Assembly (NCBI GenBank): GCA_977020255.1
Contig: CDROCS010000876.1
Span: 62,001 to 126,000, forward strand
Direction: 5' to 3'
DNA length: 64,000 nt
Origin: Obrimoposthia wandeli
Taxonomy: Eukaryota
Notes under the pieces: generated by a model
The model's database searches: none
What the model saw: the letters and a program-made list of their open reading frames with translations, nothing else
Told to the model about the DNA's origin: nothing
Shown: positions 52,281 through 64,000 of the stretch, in pieces
Position numbering within the stretch: the stretch's first letter is position 1
Layout: every line of letters begins with the position of its first letter
Translations under genes and position numbers: made by a program

Positions 52281-53623
52281 AAATGATATAATGTATAAGA
52301 TAATCTGATTAAATTTAATACACATTATATATATTTTTTTCCAAAATTTACTTATTTATTTGTATGTGGGATATACACGGGGTCCATACCTGGACATTTA
52401 TGATAATCCTTAAATACTAATAGACATATGGCGAATTGCAATTTATTTTTATGGTCAACTTTATGAGGATATAATGCACAAATACAAGAGGACAAATTTA
52501 TTTTCAATGTTGAATTTACGTAAAGAATAAACAAATTATTTCTCTCTTAAAATACACTGTACTAAATTTATTAGATTGAATGTTCGTCTTGATATTGAAA
52601 TCCAAATGAGGTTTTGCTGAAAAGACGATCAAATTTGTTCTCATAAACTTTGAACTTTAAGTTCCGTCGGTAAAATAAATCTATCGGAGTCTAATAAGGG
52701 TATCAAACAGTTCATGCTTATGAAAAAATATTGGAAAAGGTTTTTTTAATATATTTTGTCTGTGTTGTTGGTATTTCATTATTGATATAAATATCTTCAT
52801 TCTACGTGATCTTTTAACATCTCAAGATAGTGTTAAAGTCCAAGGTTCCTTAAAACGTTTTCAGTAAAAAATCTTTCAATAAAACCCCCCTAAGCCAAAA
52901 TCTTGGGAGAATGACATGATTTTTCAGCTAAAATTACTTGTGTATTGAACCAAACAGTATCTCAGAGTGACTGAATTTGACTTGTTAAGCTGAAGTAAGC
53001 TAATGCTATTTGTTTATCATAATCTTGTAGCAAACGTTGCTGCACTGAACTAGGCTTGTAGTCATTTAATGGAGCATTCGGAAAACTTCCTATTTTTAAC
53101 ATTGAGCTACATTTAGATGTTTGACATAGATGGTAAACCATTTAGATTTCTTTTCATTTCTTTGATCAAGTGTCCATTATCATCAAAATTTTCTGGACTT
53201 TCGCTACCATCTCTCCTTTCAACCTTTTCCAAACCTTCATTTGACTTCTTAGTTGTCTGGTTTAGATTTACTTTAGCAAATGACACACAATAAACGTTGA
53301 AATGCTTTTGATAAGCTCTGATTACTTGTATTGGAGTTTCAATGTTTGCAAAATACAGTTGAACAAAAATGTGGTTGAGAGCATATTAATCAGAAATCGC
53401 AATGATTTTTAGTAACTTATATTGCAGACTATGTTGATTAAAAGAAGTCATTGGATTTGAGCTTATCAACATCCCAATGTCTAGGAATATATGGAAATTG
53501 TTTCCTTTTTTTGAAACGCACTGTTAATTAATCCAGAAATTACTTAAAAATTCTTCTAACGACTATGATTCCCAAGCAGACCTTGCTACAGTGAATGTAA
53601 ATGTTACGAATATTTCTCAACAG

Positions 53624-53816
53624 AGTCGACTCAGTGGAGAAGGCGAGGCTGTACATTGGTCGAGGTATTGATCTGGAGACTGTGGGAGATGGTGATATCT
53701 GGATCCGGTGTTTGTCGGGATTCTCTGTGTTTGTACAAAGCTACTATCTTGATCACAAGGCATATCGAGAGCCGGGAGGTGCTGTGCACAAGATCTATCC
53801 CGGTGCCTACATCAAG
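53624..53816 (+). CDS. Smad4: Smad4/Medea-like MH2 exon
   Basis: [13 protein letters not shown]...[19 protein letters not shown]...[15 protein letters not shown]. Acceptor ctcaacag, phase 2, matching the previous exon. Donor AAG|GTCAGT, phase 0. Confidence 0.95.
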
Positions 53817-54169
53817 GTCAGTCTTTGCACATATTTGGACTCTCATATTTACATGCTTTCTTGGATTGCCATCTAACAACTTTTAATGAATCTCATCATA
53901 TATTTATACGTTTTTTTCTCAAATTTTGACTTGTTTCAGGTAATTTATTTCACATTAGTAAATAAGCCCCACCACAGTGTGAGCCCAATGTTACAGGTGG
54001 CAAATTTTTATGTGTACTATCAGCTGTCAATATCGATGATGTCAATTGTATAATAAAATTATTAAATTAAGAACAGATTCATTTTACAAAATGTATTTCG
54101 AAAAGAGTCACGATACTGCCATTAACATTGACATTAATCATGAAGACCAACTCAGATTGACAAACACAC

Positions 54170-54800
54170 TGAAAATACTACCCGGGGTGTAAATGCTCGA
54201 AGGCCAGTTCTCGAAAATGAAGTTGAAACATGGCTCGTGCAGCAAAGAACGCAATGCATATACGTAAGTTAGACGCAGATAAGGACAAAAGCGACCGCGA
54301 ATGCTGAAAGCAGGGTATCGACGGATTCGTCAACTATTAGCATAAAAAGACGTTTCACATGCAGTCTGTCATGTGCAGTATCCGGCCTACATCTATCACC
54401 AAAGCTGACATTTAAACGTATAATTAATGCAAAAGAAATTTTTTCAAAAGCATTCATCATTGAAGTTAATCCGAAAGGCTGCATGAATGAAGCCATTATG
54501 AAAACCTGGTTGATAGAATGTTTTCAAGGCGTCGTGATTGGAATCGTGGATGAGTTCAGGTGACAAATCAGTCACAAGGTTGGAAAGATTAAGAAGAGTA
54601 ACGCTTTCAGAAGTGACAACCTGGGTGGTTCAGTCATGGTAAGATGTAAAGAATTTATCGATTTTAAATGGTTTTCGTAAGCCGAGTTAACTCCAAACCT
54701 TAAAAATATCAATCATGAAGAAAACTGAGATAACGACGATAAAATATTGATATTAATCAATGACAACAATACTTACATCTGGCAAGGATATTTGTTTTAA
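54170..54800 (+). pseudogene. Decayed pogo-like transposase
   Basis: LENEVETWLVQQR (CENP-B HTH-like) and VNPKGCMNEAIMKTWL (cf. GWMxxxxMxxWL). Heavily disrupted. Confidence 0.65.
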
Positions 54801-57800
54801 CTGAAGAGGAAGATGTTAATGGCTGGGAAGAAGGAAATAATTAAATTATTTGTCCAGCGATAGACATTTTTATGTTTATTCGTAGTTACTTATAAAAACT
54901 TTACCTATAATCTTTAAAAGCCATGACAACTGCTTTTCTTCCGTTCATTATTACGTTTTGATTTTCTTGTTATCAATGTTAGTTGATTTTTTTAAATAAG
55001 ATATATAAGTCCCACCATTGTAAAATCCCCAATCAACTCTTTTTCGTAAATGTGTTTAGTTACCTTCTTTTTATACGGTACATTTATATAGTTTCATATA
55101 AATAGTGCTATTCTTATACGATCTTAGCTTAATATCAACATGGACCTTAACAAGCGTAAAAGCCTTAATAAAGTTTTTAAGATATCGTCTAAACGTTTAG
55201 GGGAACAAGTAAACTTGAAGCTTTTGTAGTTCTAATTAAGAAGGGAAGGTTTACTAGTTGGATTTGAATGAAAATTAGAATATAAATTCAAAAATATACA
55301 ATATTAAATTCTCCAAAAGCTTTCCCGTATGTGTTCAAAATATTAATTTTTTACTCAAATATTTTATAATATTTATTCTACAAACACTAATAAATTTAAG
55401 GTTTCTTTTTTAAATATCCCTTAATAATAAAATGATCAATTTTATATAAAGATAAATATTTTTATAATATCATTTTTATCATTCGTTATTATACCCGTAA
55501 ATACTGAGAAAATTGAACTAAACTATCAAATTAATTTTGTTTAAATACTCTTGAATAATCAAAATTTTAAATAAAACTGAAAGATCTTTTATCGAAAATA
55601 ATTTATGTAGGTTATATAAATAAATAAGTTAAACTTATTTTTGTGTCGATTCACTTTACCGACATATATGTAACATGGTATTTAAATGTTACTAACATAA
55701 ATTTAATATCAAATCTAATTTTTGATCATTTGGATAGTTTTACTAAACATTTGCCTCTTATTATTAACGTATTTTTTTAATATTAATACTTTAATTTAAT
55801 TGTAATGACTCAATTACAAAATAAGTTATTAGTTACCTTCAAATATGATGTGTTTGCATTGTCTTCACCCTACCTTTTGCATATAAATAAAGCTAACGTT
55901 AATATTGTTTATACTTTTAAATTATTAATTGGTTTGGTGCGTTCTTTTTTTAACTCATTATTATATTGAACCTATTTAAAATTACATTTATATATCTTAA
56001 ACTAGCGTATAATTTGAAATCTTATGAACTTAAATACAGACTTTTAATAATTTTTTATTAATCTTTTTCTCTGTTAATATATAGCATCTAGTAAGCATAA
56101 ATTCATCGTCGATTTAACATTGTTACCTTTTAAAATGAAAATGTTTAAGATTAAAGGACACCGTTTGGAAATATTCCCTGTAAGAATCTATTTAAAATCA
56201 CTTTAAACAGAAAAATTATGAATCGTATTGTTTCATCTTGATATATCGATATCATCTCACAGAGTATCGAAATTGTTTTGAGATTTAAAGTTTTTGATCA
56301 TCATTAAAATATGTTATGATTTTATATGCATAGAATTCATTTCAAAATCATTTTTATTTGAATTTATACATTATCTTAGTTAAAATTAAAATATGATATT
56401 TTCATTTTAAACTCTCAAAACATGATGAATATCTATAATATTTTGAAAAGCAAATTCTATTATTATTTGTTCAGTAATTTCAAAATATTAATTAAAAAAT
56501 AAACTAGTATACTATATGAGTAGAGTAATTTATATTTTCTATCAATATTAAAATTATCTTCATCTCATCATTAAATTAAAGTTTCTTAAAAATAATTGGA
56601 ACGAATTTTGCTGAACGAAATGTATTTTTTAAAGTTTTTTACCTTGCATGGCGATGTCTTTGGGGAGTTTAAGATTTTGCAATTATCGCTATATATAAAA
56701 TATCATTCAATTTCAAGCAGCTGAGTTGCAGACCTTCTCTTGTAAGTCAGGTTCTTGTGAGTCAATGTGACTTTTTATGTATATGTAACGAATTCGTAAT
56801 CAAAGAATATAAAATTAACAGTGCAAGACCTATGCAAAGCACTCATGGTGGAGAATTCCGTAAATTAGTAAGTTGGCCACATTCCAGAACATCCATATTC
56901 ACCAGACCTTCATATTCGCAATCCTAATCAACTTTTGGAGACATTGAGTCGACAATCTTTCACCATTGAATTGGCCTGTTTCAGAGTAGACCTTAAAAGT
57001 ATCATTGCATCTAACAGAGATTATTCTCCCTATTCATATTCGTGTTGTATACCTAACTATTAATGATATTTTGGTACTTTTTTATTGACCTGTAAATAAT
57101 AAATATGGTGTTTAGAAAGACGAAATTTAGTTTAAGTCTCTGGAAATAACAAATGAAATTTAAAAAAAATATTTCTGTTTCCAGCATTTGTATAATGCGT
57201 TCAAATCCTCTCCCAACATTTCCTCTAGCCTGAAGTCTCAGGTGAAAAAGCGGAATCAATTAAATTTCATCCTTATCGCTGATAGAAGAAGAAAGCAAGC
57301 CAGCAACCATCGTGTGGTCAAAAGCGGCTATGGTAGCGGGAAATCGCAGAGGGAACGGTCTAGACAACCTGGTAAAGGAGAAAGAGATAGAGGGACAGAA
57401 GTGAGTTGGAGAAGATTGCAGGCCAATTAGAGTGGTCTTGAAGATCGATAAATTGGACTGTGGAGGAATGGAGTTCTGTATAGGTCTTTGTAGTCAGATA
57501 AAATTGTGTGTGGTGCTGCTTCTTGTGGGATTACGTAGAAGCAGCATAATTAGACTGGCTGTTGAGCAGTTAACAATTATTTCCCAGAGGCAGAAGCAGA
57601 GTGTATGCCCGCAGCATGACACTGAGGTCTCACGGGGATGGGGGCAGACCAACGACTAAGTCACCGATACGTTGCAGAAGCACTGACTACCTGCCTACCT
57701 GACTGCAATTAGGCGTTCTAAGAATTTTAATTGACTTTTAGCTAGAGAAAGGATTTTAAATGAAAACAAGTCTTCTTCTGGACTCTGCATTTTATATAAT

Positions 57801-60499
57801 TACAACTTCTTTCCTGGATGGAGCAGCTGCAGTAACATTTAAATGACTCTAAAATCGTTACACGGAACTTAACTCGGCCTTTGGCTATGCACTTAATGAA
57901 ATGTACTAAATTCCTTACACTGCAACATGTGAAGTATCTAGTAAAACCGCATACTTACTTGATTTTTATGTAATTTGTCCTCTGGAAGTGTAGTTCTATT
58001 TTACCAGTATCCAAGTTTTGCCGAGAGAAAGTAGACAATATTATGAAATCAATATTAAATCAATACTAAAAATTATGACTTAATCGTAAAAAATTGAATC
58101 TTAATAATTTATTATTTGAAAATATATCTATGAATCAAAAGTTAACTCCACTGTTTTAGCATTAATGATTTGAAGTCAAAATTTCAAAAATACATGAGAC
58201 TGGGATTTGTGTACGTGTCTCTAAAATGAGGTTAGTCAAATTTCGAACATAATCAGATATCTAGATAAATATGAATGTATGTCTTACTAATTAAAGTTTA
58301 TCAAGGCTTCTTTAACTTTTTTTATTCATCTTTGCTTGCTTTTTGTCGTTCTGAATTTATATTTGTGATATGTGATAAAAGTCTGTATAAAGAAACACTA
58401 CATAACTACAAGGGAACATAATATCATTTCTCTGAACACTAGTTAGTTTCATATATTTGTGAAGTAAATTTAATTTTAAATATTTATTTTATAATCTTAG
58501 TTGTCCAATTACAGTATCCAAATAAATTTATTTTAAAAATAATTATTTCAGTATAGTGTAAATTTGAGTAAATGATTTTTGAAAATAAATATCTACTCTT
58601 AATTTATATTTATTGAAGTTGATATTCAGTTAATACATTTATTATATGCATATAAACAGCTTTCTGCAATTTTCTAAATTATTATATTTTTGAATTTATA
58701 TTCGTATTCTATTTTTATTATTCTAAGAACATTTTAATTTATATTATAAGCCGTATTTAAGAAAAGAGAAGTTTCGTAGATGTCGGCAAAACATTATTAT
58801 TCGCTTAAAAAGTAAAATAAAGAACATTTCAACGAGTTGTTAGATTAATAAAGTGATAAGATCATGCAACAGTCACACCAAAAACAGTTATCTAAAAATA
58901 AAATACCTTACTACTGAACTAATTACAATACTAACTCATGCTTTATTACATCACGACTTGATTTTCAAAATTATTTTCTGTCTAATATTCCAGCTTCACA
59001 ATTAAACAAAATCATCTGAATTATTTTAACATTAAAGAAAATTCTTATTACAATTGAGCATTTAATGAAGCTCTTTTGGCTGCCAATCAATGCCAGAATT
59101 GAATTCAAGATCCTACTTATAATCAAAAAATATATATATATGCATATGAGGAGCAATGATGGATAACAAATTCTCAAATAATAAACTGACTGATGAAAAT
59201 AATAGAAATTGGTGCTACGAATCTTTGCAACAATCTACCAATGAATGTGAGCAGCTGTAACAATGTTGAAACATTCAAGAAGCCGCTGAATACTTTGCTA
59301 TTCAGAAAATATTACAAATAGTTATGGAAAACTGGATGCGCTTTTATCGCTATATTAATTGTTTTTTTTTATTTTTTCAAAGTTTAGAGTTTATTATTTT
59401 AATTTTAAAATCTTATTAAAGTTTAAAGAGACAAACAACTGAAACTAAAATTTTAAGTTATTTAAATACACGAATTGGGCAAAATATAATAATCGTTTCA
59501 TTCCTCTCGGAAATATTTATACTTCTAATATAAAATTCAGCATAATTAAGTGATGTCACTTGGGAATGTTCAGATAGTATATATATAAGTATGTAGCGTA
59601 AATACAATACTATTTTTTTATTTTTAGCATAAATAACATACGTATATTTAATTACTATATCACTTATCTACCAATAGTAGCTACCTAGAGATGTTGTATG
59701 TATTCTTTAAATTTCGTAAAACTTCTTGAATATATAAGTCTTCAAGTTCTGCTTGAAGGAGTCAATATTTTTAGAGTTTCTCATGCGTGATGACAAGGCA
59801 CCGTACAATAAATATTTTCGTAAAGTTCAAATTATTTACTTTTGAAAGTTTTTACAGAATTACCAAGGAATTTACTGAGCCAGTTAACAGTGCATTTATG
59901 TTGCTATAATCACAGGGAAGAGACTTGTAGAATACAAGCACTGCAGACAGAAATATGAGCATCATCACCTCGGAGTTGACTATGTGAACATTGTACAGAA
60001 AAGCTCTTCTGATGAAGGTCTCCACACAGCCGATTAATGTCGGTGGTCGAACGCGAGTTAATTAGGGTAACAGAACACAAAAACCCCTGTCTCTACAACG
60101 ACCTATTCTCTGAGATAGGGCCTAATTAAATGAGAAGATTATTGGTGCAAAAGCGATATTGTGAGTGTGCTACTAATTCCCACTAATTGCTCCTTCCAAT
60201 AGAATAGCATTGAATTGCACTGATTGTCTTCTTCTTGTAGGGACGCCGCCTCATTGCGCGGGTGTCTCAATTCCGAATTAAATTGAGGGGTTGGGACAAT
60301 CGACACCGTTTTAGTGTTGCACTCTGTAGCTATGAGGCAAGCTAAACGAACTACGAAACTAAATATACTTCAATTCTTCTATTTTTTATCACACTATAAA
60401 ACTTGTATAAAAAATACAGTTAATTAAATTTCCCATTATTATGAGCCACTGTATTTCTCCACACACAGGTCACAGTTTTCAGCCATCCAACCTATTCCC

Positions 60500-61050
60500 T
60501 GAATTTGAAGTATTGTTTTTTCTTTAGACACTTTTTCGATTTTAAAATAACGCAGGGGTTTAAGATTTATGCTGTCCACAAAAGCACTTAACATAACTGT
60601 TACTCTTGAATTTTCATTTCCAGTTGACTTTATTAAAATTTATTTTCCTTCTTTTTGCTCACTGTTTAATTAAAAGGCAACTCAAAAAGACTGGAGTTTG
60701 ATTTGGGTCGTACAATAAAGTGATAATTTCGTTTCTCTTTGAACTTGTAATGAATCGCTGATATACAATAAGGTTTTTTCTTCGTATTTCGTTTTCAATT
60801 TCTGTACTTAAGTTCTCCGTTGTTACAAACATAAACCATTTCTACGCGGCATTTATTTGCACCAACTGAAACTAACTTCAGGTATGCTTAAAGTTCTTGC
60901 AATTTCACGGGAATTTACTTGAATGATTGCTCTTGTTATTGTATGGGAATGTTGTCAACGCATGTCTATAACAAGGTTTGCTATTTGTTTATTAATATCC
61001 TCAGAACGAACTGTGTGGATCCACGGAAAGACTTTTGTTGTTAAATGAGT
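60500..61050 (-). pseudogene. Possible Tc1-like transposase remnant
   Basis: SREIARTLSIPEVS...LKYRN*KRNTKKKP resembles the Tc1 second HTH / KKP region. Degraded; boundaries approximate. Confidence 0.4.
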
Positions 61051-61399
61051 GTTTAATAGTTCAGGATTTTGTGATCGCCAACATAAGATTAATTTTTTGT
61101 GATTCTGTAATTTCTAGCAGCTGCAATTTTTTTTTTTTTCAGCTATGCGTATTATCAGAAGTTTGAAGTTTGAATCTTAAATTCTCCGAATTATTTTACT
61201 TTTTAGACCTTTTCTAGCCATATCTTATGATGTGAAACTCATATCTGAACATGAATACTTAAATACTTAAATTGCTGTTCCATAGTAAAAAAAACAAAGA
61301 TAACGTAAAGAATTCACTGTATTCAACTTTCCAAACACTACCTCAAATACGATTATTTAAAGAAGAAATTATCACTAGGTCCCGTGATGTTGTATGACA

Positions 61400-63880
61400 T
61401 CATTCCACGTAGTCTGGCAGGTACGCTGGTCTTCTCATCACTTCTCCGGACCTTAAAGCTGGAAGGTCTGCGTCTACTGCATGTTCCTCTCGTGAGGCCA
61501 CGGCATTATAATTATCATTCGTTTCTCCGATAATCTATGTCGCAGTCGGCCATAAATGGGAGACATAACGCGGGCTATCGTTTACATCTATGTCGATTGT
61601 TGAATTTTCCTCAGTAACTGTTTCTATCTGCCACAGACTTGTACACATTCCATCTGTTGGCTTGACGTAGACTTGGTCGCTAGGTCTGTACTTGATCATG
61701 ATCTTAAGGAAACTCCTTTCTTTCAATTCGTTCTCTTTTTCAGCGTATTGATGCTGCACCGTAGCACTATCTGATTGATTTTTGGAGTGGTGTTATAAAA
61801 GTAAATCATTTCAATTGGACTTCTATTTGTTCACACTGCCATTCTCTTGATCATTCTATGGTTTCTGCTATCCCTTTTTCTATGGGCGATACGTACACCT
61901 GAAAAGTAGGCGCCCCCTTATTTGTAAAGTTCTGATACCGGCACGAACAAAAGCTTCTTGAATTGTCACATAAAAGTTATTTTTCTGGTCCTCCTAAGAA
62001 AATTTCACGCAGAACGTTTGATATATTCCCAACATCTTCAGTCGGTTTTTTTTTGTAACATCGATTGCAAGCCGGGACAATTCATCATCATCACTTAAAC
62101 TCCCTCACTGCCGAAATATCAGATTGTGATCGATATATTTACGCTTATGGTAACTTTGAGTTACATTTCTTATTTCTTTATCATCGGTTTCTGGTTCCTG
62201 TCTTTTTATTAAATATGCTGTCCTATCAAAGCCTAGATGATAATTTTAAGTTTAATAAGTTTAATTTTATTTCTCGTGATTTCAAATGCTCTAACTGTTG
62301 TGTTATTTATTTAAACTATCGGTACTCTGGTGAGTCTATCTACTAAGCTTTTTTCCGATCATACAAACGTTACAAAAATATCTATGTTCATTTCTTCTTG
62401 ATGTTTTTGATGATACCTCTTATGATACTTCTTATGATACCTCTTATTAGCAATTCTGAACTACCTCGAGTCTGGACTTTACTTTCTCTAGTGAGTGTGT
62501 CTGAAATATACCAAAATACTGTTTGTGAGTAGGTCATGATCTCAATATTATTCAAACCCCATAAATCTCCCAGTGTGAGGCCCTTGACCACAACATCAAG
62601 CTCAGCAACATTGATGTGTCCATGGCCTTTCCTTTTCCTAATATGTGATATATCTTCTACCACTTCATTGTCAATTTCAACACAAGCACCTAACGCGATA
62701 TTACATGCAGCACAACACACAGAACCTTTTTTACTTTCACTTACTAACCATTTGATCTTTACAGATCTTCTGTTTTGACCTTGTGTAACACAAAGCTTAA
62801 CATATTATTTGTTACATCACTTATATCATTTCCCCATGCTCACCTTCTGCTGGTCTTTTGATGTGAGCTACATGCTAAGCTTAGTCATTCACCCATTGGA
62901 TAGTATCCAACTACATACTGAGAAAAGCTTCCTACGAGTTATTGGCAAGCCACAGTTTAGTTCATCGATTTTGTTGTCTCTTATTTAGATGCAATCCCAG
63001 AACTCTTGCGATATCGGTTAGTTCTGGATCTTTTGAGACTAGTCCATATTTTAATATATGTTTCTTGACCGTATCTACACTTATTTTACTTGTTTCAACA
63101 ACAATGTCGTCTATTTAACTATATGTCGCACCATTTATTGTGGGATCCAAAGAAAGAAATTTCTTTAATATTTTAGTCATAATTCTCGGTGCACAATTAA
63201 AACCGAAACCTAACCGAGTAAGCGCATTATTTCCCCCAAAGTATCTTACTATTTGATATTTCCACAAAGATATATCAATAGGTTGCTTTTAAATCTAAAA
63301 GTGTCAAATTATTGCCCATTTTCATCCACTACCTGATCGTTTCATGGTACTTGATACTATTTAAAATCAAGAACTTGTCTAAAATTCGCTTTGTTCACAT
63401 GCTCAACTGTCATTAATGATGTCAACCTGTCAAATTCTATGAGCCAACCGTAAATTCGGGTGGAAAATTTGGAGCTACAGTCCTCTTTAACGTGCAGATT
63501 TTTCCACAATTACTATCCTTGTTTCAAAGAATTTCTAATGGTAACCCCACTTACTTAATTTATTATGTCCACCACAAAATAAAATCTAAACCAACGAGTA
63601 ACATAAGATAAGATTACTAATCATTACACTACGCACTCGCTGTAACATATTTTAATGACTTTGTAGGGAATTTTCTACATCTGACTCTATGACCATCTTC
63701 ACAAATGACATCTACCATGCTGATTTGAGGTGCGCCACCATCACAGCTGAGATAATTAACCGGGAACATCTGGAATCCACTAAAGCCCCATCGTCCTTGC
63801 CGCAAACTTTGATGGTCACTGTGACTATACTCTACAGTTTGCCTAATGTTGTGAACCTGCTGGTGCATATAGCCTAGGAT
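61400..63880 (-). mobile_element. Old, disrupted Ty3/gypsy pol (RT, RNase H, integrase) remnant
   Basis: RNase H-like VEDISHIRK...HINVAELDVVVKG...WG; integrase core-like GPEK*LLCDN...FRCTYRP; C-terminal DQVYVKP..MCTSLW...VT...VNDSPRYV. Confidence 0.8.
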
Positions 63881-63922
63881 TTCTAGAAAGACAAATTCTG
63901 ATAAAAATCAGAAACCAATCTG

Positions 63923-64000
63923 AACCTATGCAAACATAAACATATAACAATAATTTCAAAGTCAACTTACACAACCTATGCAAACATATACATATAACAA
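63923..64000. repeat. 50-bp-period direct repeat, cut by the window end
   Basis: aacctatgcaaacata(a/t)acatataacaa at 63923 and 63973. Confidence 0.75.

Noticed and set aside
53817-64000. Expected next Smad4 exon (VFD...)
   Set aside because: Not found in the remaining 10 kb; presumably downstream of the window.
1-64000. CRISPR arrays, rRNA or tRNA genes, operon-like prokaryotic systems
   Set aside because: None seen; the DNA is intron-containing animal sequence and its repeats are microsatellites, LTRs or TIRs.

Overview
This is eukaryotic (animal, probably invertebrate) genomic DNA. It has a very AT-rich background with sharply GC-richer exons, and I see no prokaryotic features. The + strand carries part of a divergent co-Smad (Smad4/Medea-like) gene. 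Two exons (50823-51016, 53624-53816) clearly encode the first half of a Smad4-type MH2 domain. Three upstream, phase-compatible low-complexity exons (6844-7461, 7536-8188, 10585-10992) probably belong to the same gene and imply a ~39.8-kb intron. I found no MH1 exon and no continuation of MH2 in the window. The introns are full of transposon remains: a young antisense Ty3/gypsy element (11288-16264, GTATG target duplication, asymmetric LTRs), a TIR-complete pogo deletion derivative, a Polinton/Maverick-like remnant (protein-primed PolB plus a packaging-ATPase fragment) next to two intact orphan ORFs, hAT and piggyBac-like MITEs, and decayed piggyBac, Tc1, pogo, CGGBP1-like and gypsy fragments. 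Family assignments rest on motifs recognised by eye; no searches were run.
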